Of a stretch of 64,000 nucleotides of DNA, positions 51,667 to 63,252 are shown in pieces. The notes beneath the pieces are model-generated. The model was not told where the DNA came from, did not search any database, and saw nothing but the letters and a program-made list of their open reading frames with translations. The stretch spans positions 20,894,001-20,958,000 of the forward strand of contig CDPCPM010000106.1 of NCBI GenBank assembly GCA_976551045.1, read 5' to 3'. The translations under genes and the position numbers were made by a program. Each line of letters begins with the position of its first letter. Within the stretch, counting starts at the first letter, position 1. This DNA comes from Glaucostegus cemiculus. Taxonomy: Eukaryota.

Positions 51667-54600
51667 TGATATATCCTAGTTTAATGGGGAAGAAAGGAAA
51701 TATACATCTGAGCCCCCTTGCTCTTTAGTTGCACAATGCAATCAAGCTCCCGGTGGACAAGCAAAGCAAGCTCTCTGCTTACTGGTATAGCATTAATATT
51801 CAAACATTTTCATTTCCCTCCTGCCTTGTTACTAAGCCTGTATCACTCAGTTTACTGTTCAATCAGAAATCAGCACATTCTCTTTTTTATGCAAGCTTCC
51901 ACCATGTCATTTGTCATTACACTGGCTGGCTGAGTGTCCCACAAGTTAAAAGAAATTAGCCCTTACATTTGTCTTATCAAATAGTTTTAAATCCCACTCA
52001 CCTATCTGTATGGTTTCTGCTCCAATTTTTCATGCAAATGAATTCTTCCGATAAGATCCAATCCATACACCAACCAGAAGTCCTTACGTTTTATGTTTCT
52101 GCCATCACCTGAAATGCTAAGATACCAATGGGTATCTCATTTCTGGTGGTGATTTTTTTTCAAAAGATTTCCAAATAAAATGCCATTTGTCTAGTATTTA
52201 ATCTAGTCATGGCTTGAATTTGTGCAAAAATATGACTGAAATCGATTCGAAGTGTCATGTATTCTTTCAGGGAAATTCTGTACAGCACAACAAAGTCCAT
52301 GGTCTATGAGATTATAGTTTCATATTCTACTATTGAGCAATTTCATATTTGAAGTGTATACCAACAAAGATTTCTGTTTGGTGGTATATGATCATTTATA
52401 AATCTTAATCTGCCTACATTGGTGCTGTATAATAGATGGTCTGCTATACCAAATGAAATAAGTATGAAATATACATATTTATATATGTTGGAAGAACATA
52501 CTATTTATTTCCTTGGAGCTCAGTTATTGTTTTAAATTAGTTTATAATGTTTTATATAAATGGAGCATGTCTGTGCAGGTGAGAAAAACATAACCATGAT
52601 GCTTTTAATGTTGTGGTATATATTGCATTTTAATTTATTCATTTGAAGTGTAAATGAAGGTGTATGATGTAGAATTTTATTGTTCTGAACCTTGCCTCAT
52701 TATTTTGTTAATGCAATGGCTTAGGAAGCATAAGATTGCAATTATTCTCTGTCCATATTAAATCTAAATGTTGGATAAATAGGACAAAGAGGACTGGCAA
52801 CAATCTAAGATTCCAGGTATATTGACCTAAGATGAACCATATTATGCATTTTGAAATCAGATTCAAAGCATTAATTTTTTTGATATAGTGTCAGTCTATG
52901 GTATAGTCTAATACTTGGCACGGCAACAACTTTTTCAGCTGATATAACTTATTATTTCCTACTGAACAGTATAAGCTGCTGACTTGCAAATATTCAAAGT
53001 CAAGCCAATTGAAAAAATCTCAGTTTGAACCTAAATTAGTGCCATATTTAAAGTTTGGGCTTAATCTATATTTAAATTGACGTCAACAATTCTTGAATGG
53101 GTGAAAGGTTATTATCAAATGAATTAATCGTTTTAATTGAAGACACTTGTGTGAATTCACTTCAAATATTACGCTATAGTAAATGCAGAGATTTCTAATT
53201 TGCACAAGTTTGCTCTGGAATGAGACAAACACTATAATAAAATTGAGGTAAGCAAGATCCACGAGTTGGTTTCACCACTGAGTCTTGGTAATGTGTCTAC
53301 TCATTAATAAAAATATTTTAAAATATGCTTCACTGTCTGTTATTCCCTTGCTATACAAAAGAGGTTCTGTTTCTGTCACAACAATGAGATTGCCTGGGGC
53401 ACAGTTGAACTATTTGTTGGGGATTTTCCAGCAATTTTTAATTGATTAGAGCCCTTTGTTATTGCTAACTGTAATCTATTCTCAGATAGGATTCACATTC
53501 ACCACAGATTTACAATGATAAATAAGTTAAATTTCATTTATATTACATGCAATTAGTATGGTTTTAAACAATATTTTGGGGTATCAGATTCTGGCCTTTT
53601 ATCTGTTTTATCAAGACAATGTGATAAGAACAATGCATGTAACACTGCATGCAGAGGAAATACGATTTCTATAGATCAAATCAGATCTAACCATATTGGT
53701 GTTTAACTTGATCTTAGATTAATAATAAACACACTATTGATAGCACACTGTCCTTAACACTAATTGCTCATTGCCAATAATTGTGTCCTACTAAAAACTC
53801 AGAAATTGAAAAGGTCTAAAGGTACTTTAGTCTTTTCCAACTAATGATTTTAATTCAGCACTATAAATTCAGCAACTAACCTCAACGATTAGAGTGTAGT
53901 CAATCCAAATATTCATGGCTCCTTAAATTTGTCTATTTTATAATATCTAGCATTTAATATGATGCTTCACAGTAGAAAATATTTAAAACAAGTCTTTCAT
54001 TGTAAAGTTATCTTCTAAAATTTTCAAACTAAATCTAAATAAAAACTACTTGCCCCTCATAGAGTTGTTTCGTCGATATCACTTCTAACTGAATGTTCTG
54101 GCAGCCCTATTTTCTTTAAACAACTCAAGTAGGGAGTTAAGCTGTCCAACAGGGCCCTTTTATGTTAGGTGTGCATTGCCAAAACACTGTGAGGATATTC
54201 TTGGTATTGCTGATTTTCAATTATTTTTATGAAACCGGCTTATTATTTAAATTAAGGTAACCAGTGTTCTTTTCAAGTTACAGTATGACTAGGACAGTGA
54301 TGGTAACCTCATAAGTGATAGCAATATACTGGCAACCCGAAAAGAGATGATTTTTCAGTTGCAAACTCATTTGTATTCATTGAGCAGTCTTAACCAGGGT
54401 TCAGGCAAATTTGAATCAGAAACTGGCAAGAGCCTATTCCTCAAAAGCATCTGGATTAGAACTGTCTCAACTTGGATGGAAAGCAATGATTTTGAATCTT
54501 AGCTCTGGCTAACATTAGGACTCAAGTTTCCACACCAACCTCCCCCCCTCCCCCTCTCCACCCCACCCCCTGGTGATAAGCTGCTACTGATCTTGGCCAG

Positions 54601-55029
54601 GTGAAAAACTTTACTGATGGTATGGAGCAAAAACTATGTGGGATTCCAATTTGGTTACTAGGTATGGAACAGGAATTATAGAGCCTGTTGAGATAGCTGA
54701 CCATCTCTAGGGCTTTGGAAACAGAGGATACTAGATTAAAATTAATTTCAAAACTATTTCACAAATTTGTTAATGCAGATATAAATAAATTCTATAACTG
54801 AATGTGATATAGATATGGCCAATTCATGGGCTGATGTAACAGAAGGTTCTGCATGGCTGAGAGTTGTTGCTAAATCTGACATAGCTACACCTCTCAAGTT
54901 CAGACCTTCGTATTGTTACACAATTACAGCTGACACTGCAAAGCAAGTATTAAAATAACTACTAAATACACACACCTGTAATGTTATAGCAAAACAAATT
55001 TAAGGTTGCACAGCTATTTAAAGGAAAAA

Positions 55030-57558
55030 GCTCGCAGGACATGTTTATTACTTCACCTTATCCAATGTTGTAACTGTCCATGGTGTCCTACAAAAAAACA
55101 ACGATAAGCACATGCCTTTTCATTCATCACCAGGCCATTAATAAAAACTTTTTTTCTTTGCTCTGAGGAAAAATAATGTTCTCTCCTGAATTTTAACATG
55201 TACATACAAAGTGGTCTGGAAAGCATTGTTCTAATGCTTAGAATGCACAAAATAAAGAAATAAAATTGACAAACCAGGCAACTATTAAAATTCAAGAATT
55301 TTAGTTTGACCTTACATCACTTTTAATGATTTCTTGTCACTGCTTTTTTGCTTAAGTGACATTCAATCCAGGCAACAGCAGAAAGGATTAACAAGCAAAA
55401 CCCAGCATGGTGTCAACACCTCTCCAACCTCCTAGAAAAGAGGCAGGACACAGTTGGGTTCTGTGTATACATTTTATGCAAGTAATAAAATATTACTATA
55501 ACAAAATATTAATATGACTCTGCAGCCTGTCTTTTATAAGATACAACAAAAATGTACTAAAACAAACATTGTTTGAATTGCTGTAACATAAACCCAATGA
55601 GAGCTACAGGAAAAAGAAAGTTTCAAATACGTGTTTATGAAATAAATACAAGGGGGAAATTCATATGGAAATTATATTAAAATATCCTCTGGGAATTAGT
55701 AAGCATACAAAAAAATCATCCAGAAAATCATTAAATTCCAAAAACAAATACATATGTAACATATTCAACATATTTACATATTACATAGTGGTACAGTAAA
55801 AAAGCAGAACAATTATTATTTTTCCAATTACTAAACAAGCCACTTTTTCACTGTTTCATGTCCTAAGTAATGTTTAACTCACCAAGTGTAACCTCTTTAC
55901 CTTTCTTTAGATGATCTGTAAACATTCTAACATGTATAATGTACACTTTATTTTGGGAATTGTCTATCTGATTTACTTTTCAGAGGAAATATACAAGGTC
56001 AGTATCTTAGATGTTGATGGATAAAAGAACAATGTCAATTAGCTTGAATAAATTCAGCTGAAAATAAAACGGCATTGTTTGATAGGGGAATTCCAACATT
56101 ACTTATTCTTTACATTTAGTAGCAAATTCATAGCAATGTTGCCACTTGGAATGGTAGCAATTTCTCATAAACCCATCGTTATATTTTCTTCCTGCTCAAA
56201 TATCTGTCTGGAGTGAATATAAAAACGCGTCTCAGGGAATGAGGCGTTTTGTTTGTTAATCTGTTCCTTAGTTCCTGAGTTCTTTTTTGGGAGGTGGGAG
56301 TCGGAGACGGGAGGATTATCCGCGTCCGGTGAGATTTGTGAGCGGGAAGGTAAACTATGGCCCTTACACTGTCACATATACTTGTTTGCCACATCAGCGT
56401 ATTTGCATTTACAGAACAATCAAAGTTATATTATTATTGTAAAAAAAACAGCAAACGAAATGAACGTACAATGCATTATCAGTTCACTCATTTAAGTGCA
56501 TTTCCACGCAAAAAAAGGTCCAACATTTCTCCTTTTAACTTGTTTCGCTTTCGACACGGTAAACTTAAAAGGATGACCGGCAATGGACCATTTCAACTCT
56601 TCAATTATTTTCACTCACGTGTTTCCGCCTCGTCCTTACATTTAAAGACACCTTTTAAAGAGTTGTTAACTGACGTCAGTTTCCTTGATTTCTCAAACTT
56701 GTCTTAACTTGCCTGATATTATTTTTAAACAGAATCGGCAATGAATGTTTGCACGGCTTCCCAACTTCAACCTTACTGACAGTTCCCTTTCAGTTTTCAA
56801 CAATTTCACAAACAAAATTATTCCATAATTTCTGGGCAAATCTCTCAAGTAAGTGTATGGTCAAAATCAGGGTTTGATTTAAACAATTCATGTTTGTTTG
56901 ACGTTGATTTGTCTGGGATGGCAAACCATTTTCTCAATGAATCGATTTGAATATTTATTTAAAATTACAGAAATAAAAGTCTAAACAATTGATCTGCCGG
57001 CGTCCATAGCTTACGAGCCACATCCTCTGAGGGTGAACTATATATAAATATTTGTTTTTTTAATAAAATTCGTGACAGAGCTGTTCAAGATAATAAATAT
57101 ACGTTTTTCTCCCAACGGCGGTCTGTCCCATTTAACAAACCAGCGACAGTATGCGGACAATTCGGTGCTGTCTTTACTTTTTGTTTAAACCCAACTCTTG
57201 CTTACCCTTTTAGAGAAACCGCTGCCTTAAAGGAATCCCCTGAAACAATTCAGCAGAGAAAACGATTATTTTTTGTTACAACTTTTGCAAATTATCCGTG
57301 TCAATTAATTACGGGGGGGGGGGGGAGGAAGCTTTGTTCTACAGCAGGGGGAAATAACCACTTGATTTACCACAAGAAATGCATGAAATGTGTGTTCTCC
57401 CTCTTTCCTAAGTATGAGTACAGTCCAGTGCTAAATAAACAGTCTCTGCAACACTGGCTAAATCCCTTTTTCAGACAGTTTTTTTTTGCTTTGTAAAATC
57501 CAGTTTAATTTTTTTAGTCTTTTTTTCTTGGTGGGAAGTGGGTGTGTGTTTGGAACAG
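55030..57558 (-). other. Probable POU3F1 3' UTR with alternative poly(A) signals
   Basis: Repeat-free, U-rich on the gene strand. AATAAA (plus-strand TTTATT) at 56954-56959, 55947-55952 and 55044-55049, the last followed by a U-rich tract. Pumilio-type UGUAAAUA at 55771-55778. The true end cannot be fixed without RNA data. Confidence 0.5.
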
Positions 57559-58692
57559 TCATTGAACAGGGGACTGCAGTGTGTGATGAAGCGGCGGAGT
57601 GTCCCTTTGTGAATATACATCCTCCATCCCTGGGTGGCCGGGGATTCCGGCTGGGGTCATCCGCTTTTCTTTTTGTCTTCTGTTACAAAACCAAACTCTG
57701 ACCACTTCTTTCTCTAACTGCAGACTGTCAGCCAAGCTGGTGATCTCATGAGCTGATGGCTTGGGGCACTTTAAGAAGTGGTTCTCCAAAGCACCCTTCA
57801 CTCCTATCTCAATGGACGTCCGCTTCTTTCTCTTCCTCCCTTGGGCAGCTATCTTGTCTATGCTGGTGGGGCTCCCTGAGGTTGAGTCAGTTTCCTCCAG
57901 CCATTTGTTCAAGAGGGGCTTCAGTTTGCACATGTTCTTGAAGCTGAGTTGCAAGGCTTCAAACCTGCAGATGGTGGTCTGGGAAAAGACATTGCCGTAC
58001 AGAGTGCCCAGCGCCAAGCCTACGTCCGCCTGGGTGAAACCGAGCTTGATCCTCCTTTGTTTGAACTGCTTTGCAAAGTGCTCCAGGTCATCAGACGTGG
58101 GCGCATCTTCATCCGAGTGGTCCTGGTGATGCTGCGGAGGATGCTGCTGGTGGTTGTCATGGCCACCTGGATCTTCATGGAGAGCATCCGTCATCCCATG
58201 GTGTAGAGACTGGTTTTGTGGGCTCAGCATGCTGTTGAGGCTGGTGAATCCTGGCTGCGAGTAGATGAGGGGCTGATGCCCATTGGTCGAAGGTGGCATT
58301 CCCGGGATGTGATGTGCTGCCGTCGGCCCCCAGGCGCCGCCAGGGTGGTTGCCATGAGTCTGTTGATGGACCATATGATGTGTCCGGTGATGAAGGCTGT
58401 TCCCAAGGTCATCCCTGGCTGTCTGCACATTGGCCTTTGCTGGGTCTGGCTGTCCGAGGTGAGAAGCGGTGACCCAAGGTGCCCCGTCAGTGACAGAAGA
58501 CAGCCACTGGTGGCTGTGCGTGATGGGGTGCCCATTGCTGGCCAGCCCATGCAAGTAGTCATTTTGCACCATTTTCTGAACTTCTCTGTAGGTAGTTCCT
58601 GGATGCATCCTGTCAGAGTCCGGATGCACCAAAGAGTTAGAGTGGAGCGAGTTATTCCTCGGAATATAATGAGCCGAAGCTGTGGTGGCCAT
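57559..58692 (-). CDS. POU3F1: POU domain class 3 transcription factor 1 (Oct6/SCIP), intronless, 377 aa
   Basis: Uninterrupted ORF with a complete POU-specific domain ([29 protein letters not shown]...KWLEE) and class III POU homeodomain ([10 protein letters not shown]...[11 protein letters not shown]). POU3F1-type features: N-terminus [47 protein letters not shown]-terminal MEDVY...HHTL..PVQ. True start taken as ATG at 58690-58692 (gtcATGG, good Kozak), not the GTG at 58785 used by the ORF track. Confidence 0.95.
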   Translation of the reverse strand: MATTASAHYIPRNNSLHSNSLVHPDSDRMHPGTTYREVQKMVQNDYLHGLASNGHPITHSHQWLSSVTDGAPWVTASHLGQPDPAKANVQTARDDLGNSLHHRTHHMVHQQTHGNHPGGAWGPTAAHHIPGMPPSTNGHQPLIYSQPGFTSLNSMLSPQNQSLHHGMTDALHEDPGGHDNHQQHPPQHHQDHSDEDAPTSDDLEHFAKQFKQRRIKLGFTQADVGLALGTLYGNVFSQTTICRFEALQLSFKNMCKLKPLLNKWLEETDSTSGSPTSIDKIAAQGRKRKKRTSIEIGVKGALENHFLKCPKPSAHEITSLADSLQLEKEVVRVWFCNRRQKEKRMTPAGIPGHPGMEDVYSQRDTPPLHHTLQSPVQ

Positions 58693-58789
58693 GACTCGCA
58701 CTTCCAAACTGATCAGCTTGCAGCTACTTTGCACGGCTTTAGCGGAGCCAAGTCTGTAGCAGCAGGAGGGGGGCAAGGATCGCACAACA

Positions 58790-59085
58790 CGCCCGCCTGC
58801 CCAATTGGCTCAAACCGCCTGACTGACAGCCAACTCGCTCCCCGCCTCGGCCGCTGATTGGCGACTCGCCTTTCTTGTCAACAGACAGCCTCCACCTCAT
58901 TGGTTAGAGGGCGCCTCCACCGGCACCCAGGTTTGATTGGACAGCTCCCGCTGATTGGCATGAGTTCGGTCCAACGCGAAGCAGCCGATTGGCCAGTGAG
59001 TGATGATTTGGGGCTTCAGATCCCGTCTGTCGGCACCTGATTGGCCGCTGTTTTCTGGTTTTTGCAATTTGTTACCACGTGGGGA
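58790..59085 (-). promoter_or_regulatory. POU3F1 proximal promoter: TATA-less, CpG-rich, seven CCAAT boxes, GC boxes, TALE-type motif, E-box
   Basis: ATTGG (CCAAT on the gene strand) at 58804, 58857, 58899, 58936, 58954, 58988, 59040; CCGCC GC-box cores near 58794, 58815, 58842; TGACTGACAG at 58820-58829; CACGTG at 59076-59081; immediately upstream of the ATG. Confidence 0.75.
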
Positions 59086-60810
59086 AAACTAATCTCACAG
59101 CGATCCTCATTTAACAAAAAAAGTAACAATAAAAGAGTGCGGAAATGGCTGGGCATTGCTCAGAGATAATACAGACGATCTCAGTGAAGATATCCCGCAT
59201 TTGCTTCCACCTCCGCCAAGCAAGTGTCCTCAGTGGAAGGACCGCGACTGGGAGCCGTTCACACCCACCTTCAGCATTGTTTCTCGCTTTGTTTTGTGTA
59301 CACAGTCAATTATTGCTGCTGGTTTGGGGAAGTAAAAGCGAACGATTCTCATAGGGAACCCGAGTGGCAAAATAAACGAGTTCTGCACAAAACACAAAAC
59401 TGTTCTATCGCCAAACCAGCAAAGAGCGATTATGAGGGGAAAAAATGAGTTACTTGTTCTGATACATCTACATTTATAACGATCAGAATCGAGATTATTA
59501 GTTCTGGTTTATTGCTGGAACAATCCATCTACATAACTGAAAGAGAAGTTTCTAATTTGTTTGTTTTTATAGCTAATACTTATTTCTCCCCACGCTCAGG
59601 GGAATTCACTTTCAGCTTTACAGTCCTGCTTGATTATTTTTCTCTTCACGTCTTTTTTCGCCCCACAGCAAATTACCAATTCTATGAATTGCAGAATAGC
59701 ATTCAACGCAGGTCTCCCCGCTGCAGGGGAAGTCTCTTATAAACACAAGCACGTCCTTTAATGTTAATTTAGGGCATTTTAATGTTAGATCGTACTTTGC
59801 AAGGCACCATAACTCTAGACCCACATACACGTTTTACATCGCCCTTAATTCCCATTAGTCCCGCAAATCTCACCGTGGATGCATCTATCCCTCTTATTTA
59901 GTGGTTTCTTTGGTTTGCAAGTTCTCTTCCATACAGTGGACTCTCATTATGATGCAGAGCGCTTGGGGAAGATGGTAAGTTTGCACACTTCACGGGCTGG
60001 AATTTGATTGACACTTATTAGGAAATAATAGTTTCTCTCGCCTTAAAACTCAGCTGAAGTTTTTTTTAACTGGAGGCTGATGTGTTGTCAAGTTTTGAAT
60101 TAGAGATTTGTAGACGTCCACTTTATCAAAATATGCAATCACTGCGCGGTTTTCGTAAAGAAAACTGTTTCCGTTGAGTGAAATATATTTGAATAATATT
60201 GTGTGACTTTATGTTTGCTCTTGTTTATCTTCGCGCTCGCTTTCTGGTTTTGCCGTGTCTTTCTGACCTCTACCTATACCTTTTTATTCGCATCGATGAA
60301 CGCGGCTTTCGCTCACTTTACAGGTCACAGTAAAAGTGTAATTTACCTTCGCGGTAACACATGGGGCTAACGGGACACACGTGTCGTGGATTTCAGTGTG
60401 AGAGGTTAAGAAAATCCTGTCTGATCTCCTGAATGTTGGTTGGGTGGGACTTTCATTTCTGCCCAGGTGAATTACCAGATCAATGGTCCACATGTACTTC
60501 AACATCAATCCTTTGTGAAGCACGCTGCCATTTATTACTCAGCAGTGGCCTGCCGCTGACTTACGAAAGAAAAACAATTGTAATTCAGGGATGTGGGACA
60601 TCTTTTGAAAAGCAGGGACAGGGGCAGACTTGTATCCGGGAAATGGCGAGAAAGTATGACTGTTCTTGTTGGTGATGTGAGAAACTGATATTGTTCGTTT
60701 TTAACTTAACAGCATAAAAAATCATGCTGTAAACTTCGCATGAGGGCACTCCCACAACAACAAACACACATCAGTTAGGAGGAACGCTGCCTTAAGTAAT
60801 TCACAGTGGT

Positions 60811-60925
60811 TAAAAAAAGATTTGCATTTATATGGCGACTTACATGGCCCCAGGATGCCCCAACTGGCTTTTCAGCCAATTATGTGCTCTGGAAGCGCGG
60901 TCGCAGTTCTAACGCAGGGAATGTA
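60811..60925 (-). mobile_element. Deu-SINE/L2-like 3' tail fragment
   Basis: TTGCATTTATATGGCG..CAGGATGCCCCAA..CAGCCAAT..TGGAAG is the reverse complement of tails like 29230-29275 and 44130-44200. Confidence 0.5.
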
Positions 60926-63154
60926 AGTGCTAAGGGAGTGGCAGCGTGATCGGACTAGCCATCAGGTTCAGTCATATTTATTATTTGGCCGTTGCCTATC
61001 CCAGGATACAAATAACTTTCGGCAGCTTGTAATGTTAAAACTTTGAATCCCAGATTCAAACAATGAACTGCGCCATGTGCCGCACAATTCATTGTGTGAA
61101 GCACTTTGTTGTGCAAAGGCGGTATATGAATACAACACGTAAGCAACGTTATCTAGGCATAATAACCCCCAGTAATCCAGGTGTTCCACAGTTTATATTC
61201 AAGCAAAGTCGCTTTGGATTCTGCCGACCCTCACTTTAACCCATTATCACATTCTGTCATAAAGCTTGTGGATAGAGGATTTAGTGAGGTGCCAGTGAAC
61301 TATTAGACGTGAAAACAAATTCGTCTTTTAATGAAAAGCAGAAGTGTGCCTATTTTAATTAGTAATTAACAACCTGCTAACAGAATCAACTTCTCGGGAA
61401 TCATAAATGTTGCGGCCATACATTCCCATGATTTTATCAGCAAACTGTTAATTACAGAGGGGAAAACGGGCCACTTCCCCCTCATGGATTAGACGGAATT
61501 TTACCACTCAACAGAAAAGCCCAACAGATGTAAAAGAGAAGCACGTAAACAAAGCCCAGGTCTTGGGATTCAAGGCAAACCATCAAAACCATTCAAGTTT
61601 CCATTTAAGACTTGTGATATCTAAATTTCCCATTACACTCCGTTGCAGCAAATCCTTGGTATCTGTAACGCTTCACATCGAATATGAACCGCGTCTAACA
61701 CGTTCTTTTCAGCAGCGCTGCTTTTCAATGCTTTAACAAAAGCTTTGAATGCATTAGTGACATGGAACGCACAAACAGTTAACAGACTAGTGGCTGAAAT
61801 CAATATCTAAGCAAAACATAAATTATTAATATTAAACAAATACCAGGAGATGATTTGAGGTTTGTTTTCTACAGCTAAGGTGAAATGAGGGCATTTTAAT
61901 TCTAACCTGCTCAGTTTAGAATTTAAAAAAATCTGATTCATGATCTTTATTCATTTCCAAAGCCTTTCAGGAGGATATCGCTGTAACCACTATTACTTCC
62001 ATTGTTCCATTTCCCATAATATGTCACCAATACACCGTGAAAGTTCTCTTTAACATGATGGTCAATTAGTGGCTGCGAGCAATACACTTACTATATTATA
62101 AAATCAAAGTGGTAAACAAGGTGGTAACCTCTCCAGTTTCTGATGGTTCCCAGAACCTCACTCTTAACGACTCTTGACAGTGGAGGTGAGAACCATAAAC
62201 TGGATCTCTTTTGCTCCTTCTGAGGTGATCGCTTGCACACTGATATAGTAAAAAAAACTGCTATAGTAGAAGAGTTCTTCTTGATTGTAACCATCAAAAA
62301 ACCTAATACTATTGTAAAATGGTTTTAGACTTCAGGGTCCTTGATACGTCTTTTAGGAGAATGCTGATATATTTTGAAATAATATAATTTAAAAATATTT
62401 TATATACTGTATGGAGTATGGAAATCAATCTTCATAAAAGGGTTGATTATCTGAGTCTTCTAAAGTTCCCGACTGAGCTAGATTCTCCTACTAGCATTCA
62501 AATGCAGTCTTATTTTATGTTTACAGCATGCTTTTCTAAAAGTGAGTTTACCAGTCTCTCTAAAGCTATATACAATATGAGGTGATGACTGTATTTGAAC
62601 ATTGTTGCTGCCAGAGTGACAAACAGCTGTGTTATCAATAGAAGTAGGTGTGCATCCTGTGATATATCCATGATGAGAGGAATAAATCAGAGGAGGAGAG
62701 GTAGATATGGAAGAGAAAATCCCTTACGACTGCAATAGAATCAATTGCAGTGAACTAAGATGACTCAGTCAATTTGTACAAACAAGATAATAGAAATAAG
62801 CCTCAGGTGATTTTAATGTAGAAGTATACATATCATAAAAATTGCATAGCTGCTGACAATGCTGTTTGATATTGATTAATGCAGAGCTCCAAGTTTGCTT
62901 GCTGTTGGTCAGGTTCATGTTATAAAAGTCATCAACTCAGACCAGCACTGACACCTCTGTCACCACATTGGTTTTCTCCCGACATAAAAGTTCCCTTTGA
63001 AGTACAGGTGGCCCTTAATTGATTTTCTTCTGTTATCTTGGTTAAATGACCATTATAATTGTGAACTGTAACAGTGAGTGTAGCTGGGCTCCTTACCATT
63101 GTATTCTATGCAGCTGAGTACAGTTCTGTACTTTACTAACAACCTTTGTTATCA

Positions 63155-63252
63155 CCCACAGATTAGCTAACCTCACAGACCAGGGATCAGACCAAGGTCT
63201 TCCCTGTCTATGGAAGTCATCTCCCTACCAGTAAAACTCATTGAGCCATTGG
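63155..63252 (-). mobile_element. Old tRNA-headed SINE fragment
   Basis: AGCTAACCTCACAGACCAGGGATC..ACTCATTGAGCCA; resembles the reverse complement of 21335-21455. Confidence 0.45.

Larger units (their letters stand above)
56170..62250. other. CpG-retaining domain spanning POU3F1 and its upstream region
   Basis: CG dinucleotides are visibly frequent here and scarce in flanking 50400-56100 and most of the window (qualitative reading). Confidence 0.65.

Noticed and set aside
58693-58785. ORF-track start giving a 408-aa protein
   Set aside because: Starts at GTG; homology and Kozak context point to the ATG at 58692.
58216-58857. 213-aa plus-strand ORF, and others at 57756-58206
   Set aside because: Antisense shadows of the GC-richer POU3F1 CDS; no recognisable domain.
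60820-60827. Octamer ATTTGCAT upstream of the gene (also 22806, 28361, 31138)
   Set aside because: 60820 and 31138 lie in SINE-derived sequence; the others lack supporting context, and such 8-mers are expected by chance in AT-rich DNA.
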